A stretch of DNA of 61,386 bases, filler included, from Rhabdomonas costata (Eukaryota): NCBI GenBank assembly GCA_019059605.1. It is 21 parts of 21 records of this genome, joined end to end, with 100 filler letters (N's around TTAATTAATTAA, not from the genome) between each part and the next. Parts side by side here need not be neighbours in the genome. Positions count along the whole stretch, not along the records: positions 49,789 to 52,613 come from JAHMHO010001968.1; positions 52,714 to 55,538 come from JAHMHO010001969.1; positions 55,639 to 58,461 come from JAHMHO010001970.1; positions 58,562 to 61,386 come from JAHMHO010001971.1; 17 more parts are not named here. One strand, given 5' to 3'. Under the pieces are notes generated by a model that ran no database searches, had not been told where the DNA came from, and was given only the letters and a program-made list of their open reading frames with translations. Numbering within the stretch: the first letter of the stretch is position 1; every line of letters begins with the position of its first letter. The position numbers and the translations under genes were made by a program. Positions 50,661 through 61,386 of this stretch are shown piece by piece.

Positions 50661-52407
50661 CGCGGAAGTCACTCGAGATCTCCAAACGGGGAAGGCCGGA
50701 AAGACCATGGAAGCTTTACTGAGACTGCCATATCTGGCTGAAATCATGAGTTAAACCACCTCTCTACGGACACGTGAACCCACCGCTACGCTGGCAGCAT
50801 GTGGGGCCCACATGTGAGAGCCGTGATTCCTACTGTGTTGAACTACGACCCATGCATTTGAATGAAACTGGCAGGCTGGAATCCACACGCCCCCACGCAC
50901 ATGAGGCAACGCTAAAGTAAGCAAGCAGAAGGCCACTGGGAGATGGCGATACGAAGGCTGTACGTGAACGGCACATGTTACTCAAGCGTACGTGCTGACG
51001 TTGAACCAAGTGGTAAATGGCGAGCCATTGACGTACACCACATGTTGGCACACGTCACATGGCCCTTTACGACCAGAGACACTACACCACAATGTACGTG
51101 TGGGTATGACCAACCTATGGTATGCTGTCATGGTAGTAGTTGTATTGCATGTAGGTTGAAGGGTAGGAGTAGTGCGCAAGGGTAGTGACAGTGCAACGCT
51201 GATCCCTACACCTGATGCTATACCCTATTCTATGGTGGTCATGGCAGTGTTGGTACAGACAGTGGTATCAGCATCTGAACCCTGTAGTGGAATGGGCGTA
51301 ACACACCATGTAACACCACGCATAAGGTTAGCATGTTGGTACGCTGATGTGTCGATGCTATTATGCCATCCGGTGGTCAGGGCATGGTTGATCCTGGTAG
51401 AGATGATGCCTACCGGTGTGCTGCATGATGGTGGAAGTGCCGTAGTGGATGGTGCAGAACCCAACATTATGATATGGATGCCTCAGTCACTCCCACTTAC
51501 AGCATCAACGCTTCAGAGGAACCATGCGTATGGTGTCAGGGTGTTGGCTGTCAACCCAACCAAAAGAAGACAAAGGCGTACTGTATGCCATGACTCATAC
51601 TCTAGATTAAGGCTACACGTCGACAACCACACTCAGGCAAGGTAAGGGCGTAATGTTGACTCTGATGCAGATGTAGCGTTGATGCGTAGGCTGATACCGA
51701 TGCAGATGCTGACACCGAACCCCTCACCTTTCCCCTACACTCCAACACAGCATGAACCCATCGTAGAAGGGAGGATGCGTGTAAGTTTCCAGGATGATGC
51801 CTGTGGTGGTGAGATGATGCCATGCACTGAGAGCTGAGGCACATGTGGACCGAGAGTGTTTGTGTCGGCATTCGCGATGCTCATGCATCATAGGTGCGTG
51901 GTTCACTAGCTCCACCGCTACGGGCTTACTATCGTTCATCTTCTACTTCATGACGTCGGCATTCTCGGTACCTCGAATACTTCCTCTGTTGGTGTGGTTC
52001 GTTCCACCGCCATGAGGCGCTTCCACTCACCGGTCGTCGCTTCGCTCGAGTCCCTCTCTACGTCCTCCAGACGTCACTCACTCACTGCGTTCGTTCGTTC
52101 CTCTGCATCTCTCTGTTGATCACGTTGATGTCTCACATTCGTTATCGACACTGCGTTCCTTGTACTCATGTTCACTGGTCACTCCGACTCTCACTCCCTT
52201 CGGTCGTTCGTGTCTACGTTCCTTGGTCGTCACAGTCGCTCCTTGCTGCGCAGTGTCGCTCCTGTTCCTCCATGGTCACTTCGACTCTCACTTCGTTCGT
52301 GTCTTCGTTCCTAGGTCGACTCTCAACATTCGCTGCGCTCATATTTCGTGTATCCTACGCTTAATGATGGTTGTCGTCATTCACTACGTTCTTTCCTCCA
52401 TTCATTA

Positions 52408-52602
52408 CTAAAAACAACTTGACAGGCATTGGCCCAAGACTCCACACCAAACTGACAAATGCGCCACAACCCATTCACCACTCGCCACTCTAACCGTCAG
52501 AGGTTGCTTTAAAGGAAATTGCTGCAACCCCAACTCCCCCACCACATCCAAACTCACAAAAGAGTCTGACGCCCCCGAATCCAGTGGCGCTATCACCTGC
52601 TT
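52408..52602 (-). mobile_element. Ty3/gypsy-type aspartic protease fragment
   Basis: APLDSGASDSFVS...LGL...PLTVRVASG. Confidence 0.82.
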
Positions 52603-53209
52603 CTGTCCCCCAANNNNNNNNNNNNNNNNNNNNNNNNNNNNNNNNNNNNNNNNNNNNTTAATTAATTAANNNNNNNNNNNNNNNNNNNNNNNNNNNNNNN
52701 NNNNNNNNNNNNNGTGTGGTGTGTTTGGGTTTGTGGGGAAGAATTGCTCTGAAAGGGTGAAAGGGTCCTTCTCCCCATTTTTCCTTTCGCCTTTGGTGGT
52801 GCAGCTTCGGTATCACGCGAGAGTTGCCCTTCGCAAGCAGCCCGTTAATGCGTCGCGGCGGGCCAGGCCTCCTTCACCCCCGGGGCTGCCGCAAAGCCGT
52901 GCTGCGGTGTCTGAGGTTTTTAGTTGTTTGCGGATGTCTGTTCCTGAGTCGAATGTGTCTGATTATTTGGATTGGATTCCGCAGTGGTTGGAGCCTTCAA
53001 GTAACGGCACACCATAGTGTGCTTTGTCAGAGGCAAAAGGCAATCACACTTCAGGCCCTTTGCCATGGTGCTGAACTGGTTCGAACTTCTGCTCGAGTCA
53101 TGCTCACCATCATACATAGAAGGGTCTCGATGAAGATGGATTCGTCCACTATTTTTTTTTGCATGTTTTGTTTGCCATGCTGGTTAGGTTTGTTATTGTG
53201 TGTTGACAG

Positions 53210-53482
53210 ATTTCCGCAAACGCGTCGGATGAGGCCTTTCCCGCTGCGGGCGCGTTTTCTCGGGACGCCGATGTGAGCCAGACTCCCACGGAAGCGCATC
53301 CTGGCGCTGGGGATCAGAGCGAACTGGATGACTTGCGATGGGAGGAGGAAAGCCTCCGGAAAGTTGCGGGGTTCAACGCGAAGGAGCAGTACCACCGGCT
53401 TGTGGCAATGCTCAAGAGGCGGAAGGCACAGAAAGCCGCGGCTAGCTCCTCTCCTCGGGTTGCGACGCACCGAGCATCCTGA
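53210..53482 (+). CDS. Possible terminal exon of an unknown protein
   Basis: CAG acceptor then an open frame ELDDLRWEEESLRKVAGFNAKEQYHRLVAMLKRRK; no family recognised. Confidence 0.35.
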   Translation: MSANASDEAFPAAGAFSRDADVSQTPTEAHPGAGDQSELDDLRWEEESLRKVAGFNAKEQYHRLVAMLKRRKAQKAAASSSPRVATHRAS

Positions 53483-54700
53483 GCGTTCACTCCTTCTGCC
53501 GTCCAGATCCTATCAAAACATTTCCCTGCCACGCATCGGAGCTGCTGAAAAGGCAAGCACTTTCACTGTCTACATCGGCTGACTTCCGGAAGTGCGGTGG
53601 AGCAGTAACCTTCAGTCATTCGTTTTGTTGGCCTGTTGACCTTTTCGGAAGTCACGAAAAGGAAATGTGTGCTTTTTTTTTTTGCTCTTTTTAAACATTT
53701 CCTTATTTTGCAAATGAGCTAAATGGATGCCCGTTTTATTCCATTGCCCTCACTCTGCAATGAAATGTCTACTCCTCTCCCTTTTACTGCGTGACTATCC
53801 CGTTTCATATCTATTATTTCTGATGGATGAATCTGCCTTTGCTTTCCCTATCATACGTGCAACTTGTGGATGGTTCCTACTCTAACTCGTTTTCTGATTC
53901 TGGTACACAACACGACAAGGAAGGAACGGGAGGAGCAACTTCCACTCCCACGCCCGAAAGGCGATACACAAAAACAAAGAAAACAACCGGATAGCGGTCT
54001 GCTCTCGGGTACCTGGGGGTCAATTTGCGGGGTGGGTTCCGGCCCTTCCTTCCTTCATCTTCCGCCCAGCATCAAGGATTCACCAGAACAACTTCAAACC
54101 AGGTTTTGTGAAGCACAGTACAGTCACATTCATTCCGTGGACGCCCTGGCTTCAAAGGAGCTGGGCGAACAACGAACACCCAATCCATAGGAAATGCGAA
54201 AGTATCCGAGTAAAAGGTACAACACTCTGTGACTGTGACAACAACACGGACCAGCCCCTCCCATCCGAGATGGAACCCACGCGGAAGGAAGGAGTGCGGA
54301 AAATCTCTACTCACAATGTATCGTTCTTTAATTATCGAAAAAGGTGCCCACACAGTAAACGCATGCTATTTTGTGCGTGTCTCGCATTAGTGTACGATTG
54401 GAAACCCGATGAGTGATGAGTGAGCGTGAGCGCGCCGTGTGCGGAGTGTCTGTTGTTGTGCGCGGTGAAAATGCATGAAGAATCAAAAACAGCTTCCATC
54501 ATATGACTGACAACACCCTCCCCGCCAGCAAAGCCCGGGAGTTCCACCCTCGATTTTGGCGATTCATGAAGAATCAAAAGACTCTGAGATGAGGAGCGCT
54601 GCCAATTGTTTTTTATGATAGGCAGCTTAACAACCAGTCGCTAGGCGTTCCTCTCTTGCTGCACAGATTTAGATTACTTGACGTTCTTTGATTTTGGTGG

Positions 54701-54750
54701 TTTCTGAGGTGTGTTATTGTTTTCGAGTTTCCACACTCGCGAGTGCGTGC
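54701..54750 (+). repeat. Head-only copy D of the SL-like repeat, 24 nt upstream of an ATG
   Basis: TTTCTGAGGTGTGTTATTGTTTTCGAGTTTCCACACTCGCGAGTGCG. Confidence 0.78.
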
Positions 54751-54774
54751 GTTTGGCTGGTTTTCTGCCACTAA

Positions 54775-55538
54775 ATGTCAGGTAAAGGGAGTCGATGGGG
54801 AAACCCAAAGGACGAGATGAAGAAGGCGCAACCAAAGAAACCGCAGATGGCTGAAGATGAAGAGGACGTCAAGAAGAAGAAAAAGGAGGTCGCCAAGAAG
54901 GGGCGCCGGCGCGGAGATGACAGTGAAAGTGACGACCGAAAGGGAAAAGCTCGCGGAGATACGAAGCCTGCGCAGCCTGCAGCTTCCGCGGATGCCGGTC
55001 GGAAGGGCAAGCCTGCCAAGCCTGCTGAAAAGAAGGCTGGTGGAGGCCGCGAGGATGACAGTGACGAGGGTGCAGCGAGAAAGAAGGGTGCAAAGCCCCC
55101 CCTGAAGAGCTCGAAAGCCGCCAAAGGAGACTCCGAGTCAGGAAGCGAAGATAGCACGGAGGCTCGGAAGAAGAGGCAGAAGGAGAGATCAAAGGCAGCT
55201 CGCGGCGACAGCGATGATGATGACAGCGGCGAGGAGGAGAAGGAGGAAGTGCCCAGGGGTCGCAAAGGGAATGAAAAACAATCAAAAGCTGCTCCCTCCA
55301 AGAAAGACAAGGGTAAAGGCGATGAAGAAGAAAGTGAAGTCAGCTCTGATGCAGGCGCGAAAAAACGAGCGTCCAAGAAATCTTCACAGGCTGCTAAGCG
55401 CACGAGCGACGACGATGAAGAAGAAGAGGAGGTGGCGCGCAAAACCAAATTGCCGCCAAAGAAAGCAGCTGTCCGCGGAAGGAAAGATGAGTCAGAGGAA
55501 GATGATGAGGATGAAGGCAAGGGTCGCAAAACAAACCC
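54775..55538 (+). CDS. N-terminus of a Lys/Asp/Glu-rich low-complexity protein, truncated by the contig end
   Basis: Open frame of about 254 codons from ATG with alternating basic and acidic DSD/SEE blocks. Confidence 0.8.
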
Positions 55539-55643
55539 NNNNNNNNNNNNNNNNNNNNNNNNNNNNNNNNNNNNNNNNNNNNTTAATTAATTAANNNNNN
55601 NNNNNNNNNNNNNNNNNNNNNNNNNNNNNNNNNNNNNNGGGTG

Positions 55644-55934
55644 GTGTGAAATGGCCTTTTCAGCGCATATTTGGCTTCTTTGCGCGTTTTCGCTCCACAC
55701 GTCTTCACACATTGGCCCAGCCTTTCCCACACTCCCAAATAATATCTCGTTTCTGGCAACGCGAAGAGATTTGTTTTGGGTCACTGGTCATGTGAAGAGT
55801 ATTGTATCTTTCATGTGCGATAGGAAAGTTTGCACAGTAAACAAGGGCTTTATAGTTACCAGCCCCGCTCCGTGCAAAGCTATGGCGGAAGCACACAAAT
55901 AAGCCAAATATGCGCTGAAAAGGCCATTTCACAC
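55644..55934. mobile_element. ~290-bp MITE / foldback element with 34-bp perfect inverted repeats
   Basis: GTGTGAAATGGCCTTTTCAGCGCATATTTGGCTT (55644-55677) and its exact reverse complement (55901-55934), with imperfect inward extension. Confidence 0.75.
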
Positions 55935-56831
55935 TGTCCTGCACATCACCTAATAATAATTTTCCCTCTTAAAAATTAGACAAAACTCTCAAACGTGTGA
56001 CCCCAGCAACACTTGCAATAAGCAATGTAACCAATGAAATGAAGCATTAACGGCCGGAAACAAAAGATGAAAGGAAACCCTGTTGCGTCATTTTTTCGTC
56101 CGCTTTGATAGTTCGTGCGTAATCGCTGTTCTCCTTCTGCTTATGCTCTGAATCTATTTTGTGCCAATGCTGCTTTTTGTGCACAACTTAGTTGGTATAC
56201 AACTTCGATTTTTTATTTTTTTTGAACGGATTTTTATAAAGCTGTGAATGTCTGCTTTGGGCAAGCCATATCGGAAACCGTTGCAAACAATCATTAAGAT
56301 CAGCACTCTACCCACTGGTTTCGAAGAAATGATCGAAGAAATAATAGAAGAAAAAACACCCGTAAATTAGTACAAAACCGGCATGTTATGACTCCTTCCC
56401 GTGGCCCTCCCTTGCCCCAATGCCGCAGTCGCCATTTGTGCAAGGGTTTTTTACGACAGAACTGGCCACACCTAAACGAACGACAAACGTATGTAGCATT
56501 GAAATCCTGGAAAGGTGGGTGCACCACATGGGCACCGCAACTCCGGTATGGTACCAGAAAGGGACAATATGCCTTGATTGGCGTGCCCCACAACACAACC
56601 TCTCCGGAGCAGCAACGTGTCTTCCACCACAATACTGCCCTTCGTTTTTCTTTTGCTCTGGGGAATTTCCATCATTAGGATTTGTAGAGTATATTTCTTT
56701 GTAAAGGCAAATAGACTTTCCCAACTTAAACTTTCCCATTTAAGGTTTGCGACGTGCCTTTTCGTCCACGGAGCGGCGGATCGTGCTGGAGGAGCGCCCG
56801 AAGCGTCTGCGCCATAAACGTGGGTGCGATT

Positions 56832-56922
56832 TTTGTTTCGCTGCAGAAGTCCCCCTTTGGTTTTCTTGTCTTCGCGCGCGCTCGCGTGTGTGGAAACTCG
56901 AAAACAATCACACACTTCAGAA
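56832..56922 (-). repeat. SL-like-headed repeat, copy C
   Basis: Near-identical to 2406-2497 in reverse complement. Confidence 0.92.
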
Positions 56923-58568
56923 CGTATAATGAACCGTCGTGGCTTCTTCTTCTCTTCTTCTTCTGCCTCTGCTGCCTTGGGCTGCTTCTGGGGGTTATTC
57001 GGCTTCTTAGGCTTCGTGTTCCGACTCTTCCTTATGAGGCCCTTGTCGCAATCACGGCGCCGGTCAACGGGACCAAAAAAAACTGCCTTTATCCATTTCA
57101 ATTTCGTCTGGGCTTCCCATTTGCCAACAAACTTGTCCAAGAATACCGAAAAAAAACGGGCACCCCGATGACACCAGCCCTCGTCCGACTCAAGGGGAGC
57201 AATGGGCACCCCGATTCTCGGAACCAGGCCGGTTTTCGACATCCTCAAAAAGGAGTTTACTCCAGAAGATTTTGTCGAAGTAATGCCGCTGCGTATCAAA
57301 GGTCAGAAGAGAGATTATTAGATCTCGCAGGTGGTTACTATGAGTTGTACCTGGAGGGGAGGTCCGGTGGGGGAACCGTAGGTTCCATCCACGGGAACTT
57401 GTTTCGTGTTACACAGCTCTTTACCATGTTTACTGTTGATGATCTGATTGCGCTTTGCTCTGATCAAGATGCTTTAAACAACATCTCACCCCTTGCCCCT
57501 GGAATGCGATGATCGTGGTAGGGTTACGCATCAGGTTAGGAACAGCAGGGTATTGGTATTCTGTCTTCACCCCATGGCAACATCACCACTTCACCACTAT
57601 CACACTCGAAGGTGGGATGGGTGCCCTTGACAGAGAGCAAGACATGACAACACAGGGTAAGGAAGGCATTGAGGTGAGGATGACACCAAGAGGAGGAAGT
57701 TTGACGTTTCATGTCGGGCTCGGAGCCCTCCACTACGCGTAACTCCCAACATCAGGGTCAACGCATCACCCGGTCTGCCAAAAACACGACCTGGGATGTC
57801 ACGCCTTGACCACCAATGGCATCACAACATCCACACCCAGTCACTGGACTCACACGGTTGGTACACCGATGCCAAGGGAAGAGGATGCCATGACACCACC
57901 AATGTGAGAAGAGACGAAGTGACACCATGCTACTACCACAAGCGCCACCACACAGACGAATGGTTTACGGGGTTGTGACACCACTACCTTAGTACAGTGT
58001 AGGATGTTGGGCCCTCGCTGGGTTGCCAACATTGCCACTACCACCTGATAATCACCAATAACGTCACTCCAACGGTAGGAGCACACACAGATGGTTAGAC
58101 AGCCAATGCCTAGCACTCGATGGATAACCACCACCGAAGGAGGAACTCTGCCGTTGACCACCACCGGATGATAACAGCATGACAACACCTACGCACAGAC
58201 TAACCCACCTGCTGCATGTGGTGCTGTAACGTAAGGGTAGCCGATGCCACTACCACCACATGACATTGAGGTTTGGTGGTCAAAACATGCACGCTTTCTG
58301 AGCACAGAGTGCTAGATCAAACGATGGTACAATCATTCGAAAGCATGATCAATTAACGACCCCCTGAGCTCCTATTCAAAATCAAACGAGAGCAAAATAC
58401 CATTTTCTGGCCTTCAGAAACCGCACTAGAAGATCCCCCACAGTTTCTCCAGAGGTTGCCGNNNNNNNNNNNNNNNNNNNNNNNNNNNNNNNNNNNNNNN
58501 NNNNNTTAATTAATTAANNNNNNNNNNNNNNNNNNNNNNNNNNNNNNNNNNNNNNNNNNNNGGTGTGT

Positions 58569-58841
58569 GGTACAAAGGCAAAATTGTTGAATAGGTGCGA
58601 GTATTCCGACGCTAAACCAGGACAGGGATTATCTCGGAGTAATTCCCGAGTGGTTGAATAAGGAAGCTGCATACGTTGTGCAGCGTAACCAAAAACAGAG
58701 TCCTAGTAAAGCGAACGAAGGAGTGAGGTACAAAGGCAAAATTGTTGAATAGGTGCGAGTATTCCGACGCTAAACCAGGACAGGGATTATCTCGGAGTAA
58801 TTCCCGAGTGGTTGAATAAGGAAGCTGCATACGTTGTGCAG
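58569..58841. repeat. 115-bp exact tandem duplication (58569-58683, 58727-58841) covering an exon/intron boundary
   Basis: Identical sequence, period 158. Confidence 0.92.
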
Positions 58842-60197
58842 GTGCTGCAGCGTAACCCAAGATCCCTGCGACCACCCGCTCACAAAGAAATCCGTCACTT
58901 CGACCCCTCTGCGTGCAACAAGCTGCTGTGCAGCGCAGTAGAAGTCCCAGTTCGCCTGCAGCGTGCTCCCAAGAACGAGGAAGCTGTCTGGAAGATCGGA
59001 GTCCCCGCGGCCGAAGTAGTCCGCCGCGATCACCACGTACCCATGAGCCGCGAACGTCGCTAGCGCCAAACGCGTCTCCGCGGAGTTCTCGGGCTGCGAG
59101 GGCACGTACGACTTGTCGAACACCGTGCCGTGCTGGTACGACACCATGGGCAGCCGCGTGGAGGCGATCAAAGGGAAGGCCACCAGCCCCGTGGCGATGG
59201 TCTCCTTGTTGCCCATCTCAGGCACGACGGAAAGGTAACTCACCTTCACCAGCCGGACCTGAAACAAAATGGACCCGGGGCGTACCTCTCTGGCCCTGAC
59301 GGCTGTGGTCGGGATTTTTTAGATGGCAGGAGGGTCGCGGTACACCGCATCCTTCTTCCGCTTGAACTCGACCCGGGAAAAACTGGCTCGGGCGGGCGGG
59401 GAGGATGGGCGTCGCCCAGAACGTGGACGGGCGCTGTGCTGATCGAGATAGTTGAAGCTAAGTCAGAAATTCTCTATCCCTGGTAATTGTCGAACCGCGA
59501 CCAGAAATAATCGTGGACCCCCCCTCTCCCTTTTCCCCGGAATACCATCGGGCCCCAGGGTGTACTATGCGGTATAAGCAAGTGATGGATTAATTTTTTC
59601 TGTGACCACCGGGAACACAAAGGAACAATCCACGCGCGGAGATCGTAATGGATGCAAAAAATACGATTTTCTTTTCTAATGTTTGGCGGCAAATTTCCCT
59701 TGTTTAAACGTTCAAACGTTTGACCCTTGTCAAAGTAAGCTCAGAACTGGACCATCTAACCTTCACCCAAAAGCCGTCCGTCACAGAATTCATAGCTCGC
59801 TACAAGACAAACTTTCCTATTCAGACACCAATGTAGAATGTGCAAGGTTCACTTTGACCTGCATCGCTACGTAGGGTCGAAATCTACTCCCCAGGTAACC
59901 TAACTTTAATTTAACCCCCCCGCATTGCATTAAAAGGCGGCCGTGGTGGTGGTAGGACACCTGGTACTTCGGGTCAGGAAACTTCCCTCGAAAGAAGGTG
60001 TGCATCGGAGAGCCCGCCATGAACTCCTCAAGCTCTGGGCCAGTGATGTTCTTCAGGCGGACGAGGTCATACGTGGTGAGCACTTCAGCGGTGTACTGCA
60101 CCATTGGGCAGGGGGAGCTTGCCTTTATTCCACGAAGAGAGCCCATCGTCAGCAGCGGAAGAAATGACAGGAACAGGAGAGGGCAGAGAGACGCCAT
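58833..60197 (-). CDS. Secreted alpha/beta-hydrolase (bacterial-type lipase); exons 60197-59961, 59258-58833, partial
   Basis: Signal-peptide-like N-terminus, SYQHGTVF, GYVVIAADYFG.G.S, nucleophile elbow GWSQG; phase-0 GT-AG intron. Confidence 0.9.
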
Positions 60198-61386
60198 GGC
60201 GTCGAAAGCTGCCATGCTTGGGAACCGCAGTCACCAAGGCAAATCTAAAATGAGAAACACAACCCACGCACGCACGCAAGCACGCACGCACACACTCACA
60301 CTCCACACACGGCGGAAATACAAAAATATGGGCCACCCCCATCCACCCAACGCACTCGGCCAGCTGGAACCGTGAACGTCCGTTAACTACAACAAAAGCG
60401 TGTGCGGGCGCCGGTGCGAACATTTCTTCCAACAGGTTGTCCACCCGTTGTGGTTATGCCCTTTTTGTGATTTTTGGTGATTCTCCGTCATCCTTGCAAC
60501 CGCAAAAGTGAGATCGAGGGGAACGCCTGCAGAATTTGCGGCAGCCATGACCTGACCTCCAGTCCGTGCAATTGCAAAAACTTTATGGCATGCTTAGGGT
60601 ACTGTTGTTACGGGTAAGTAAATTAAGCCCTAAACCGTCATACGACTCGAGCTCTCACAATTCGCCATTATGGACAGTTTCAGACACTGACGCCTTTCCA
60701 CAATTCCAACCAATGAAGATTACTGCTCCTCATTCAAACACATTCTCCACTGCCTCCACACGTGAAACTGTGCTCGTCATTGTCCATGCCCAGGAAGGTG
60801 CTCGTGCCCTCGAAACAAACTCTTTTCAAAATGGCGAACCTATCATTGGGGTGGCGTATCCCTCCGGGTCACGTTTTCATCCTTTCATTGTTCTCTTTAT
60901 TCTCCTTTTCTTTCGTTGTGACCAGTGCTGAGCTGACATTGCAACTGCACTCAATTGAATACTTAACTCTGGACAGTCAAACTCGCTTCACCGCAAATTC
61001 GAACCGGTCAAACACATCAAGACGGTGGTAAGATGGTTTTTTGACGACCAACACTTTAGTAGCAAGTTGTTTGCATCACCGCTTTTCTCCGTGAAGCCAG
61101 GCAAATGCTAGGAATGCCATTACAGCAGTAACTTCCACCCTGCATCCCATTCATAAACAACTCATAAGCGGTGGCATCGTAAAAGCAGACTTCAGGGAAA
61201 AGTCCCGAATCAACGGCAGTACGCAACCAGGACAGAGGAAAGACATTGCCATTATCTTAGTGAGCAAGAATACATCAAAGACGTCATATGACGGAGGTGG
61301 GCACCGAAGGCTCACATAGCAAAGCGGTGCGAGCGATCGAGCCACCACCAAACACACATAACCAAAGGAAGCGTAGCAGAACCCAA

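Noticed and set aside
54771..55529. 252-aa Ser/Phe-rich minus-strand ORF
   Set aside because: Antisense shadow of the K/D/E-rich plus-strand gene.
56754..57512. 252-aa plus and 275-aa minus ORFs
   Set aside because: They overlap a repeat and a pyrimidine tract, with no recognisable domain or exon-like codon bias.

Overview
This window is not one locus. It is 21 unrelated contigs of about 2.83 kb each, joined by artificial 100-nt linkers (N44-TTAATTAATTAA-N44). Most contigs start G/T-only and end A/C-only, which is the opposite of telomere polarity and suggests whole-genome-amplification primers. The DNA is nuclear DNA of an intron-rich eukaryote. A euglenid-like protist is inferred, unconfirmed, from relaxed GT donors, GC-rich exons and a repeat resembling the Euglena spliced leader (SL). 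Hand-spliced gene fragments: TatD, a CHD1L/ALC1-like SNF2 helicase, RtcB, the TERT N-terminus, an hnRNP-Q acidic-domain protein, a Cys-rich surface protein, a RING/TRAF zinc-finger protein, fucose-1-phosphate guanylyltransferase, C2, DUF229, a TRP channel, RMD1/DUF155, a bacterial-type lipase and a phage-like papain-fold protein. Mobile DNA includes a tyrosine-recombinase retroelement relic, a Penelope-like RT relic, a gypsy protease and several MITEs. The most notable observations are four. (1) A dispersed structured repeat has a head resembling the euglenid SL, and three copies lie just upstream of gene starts. (2) A complete 529-bp miniature LTR element carries a tRNA-like sequence in each LTR and has a 5-bp target-site duplication. 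(3) A 2718-bp cyclic contig carries a gene that splices across the contig ends. (4) The tyrosine-recombinase relic has a kangaroo-like layout with split direct repeats. All protein calls come from motif recognition by eye, not database searches.
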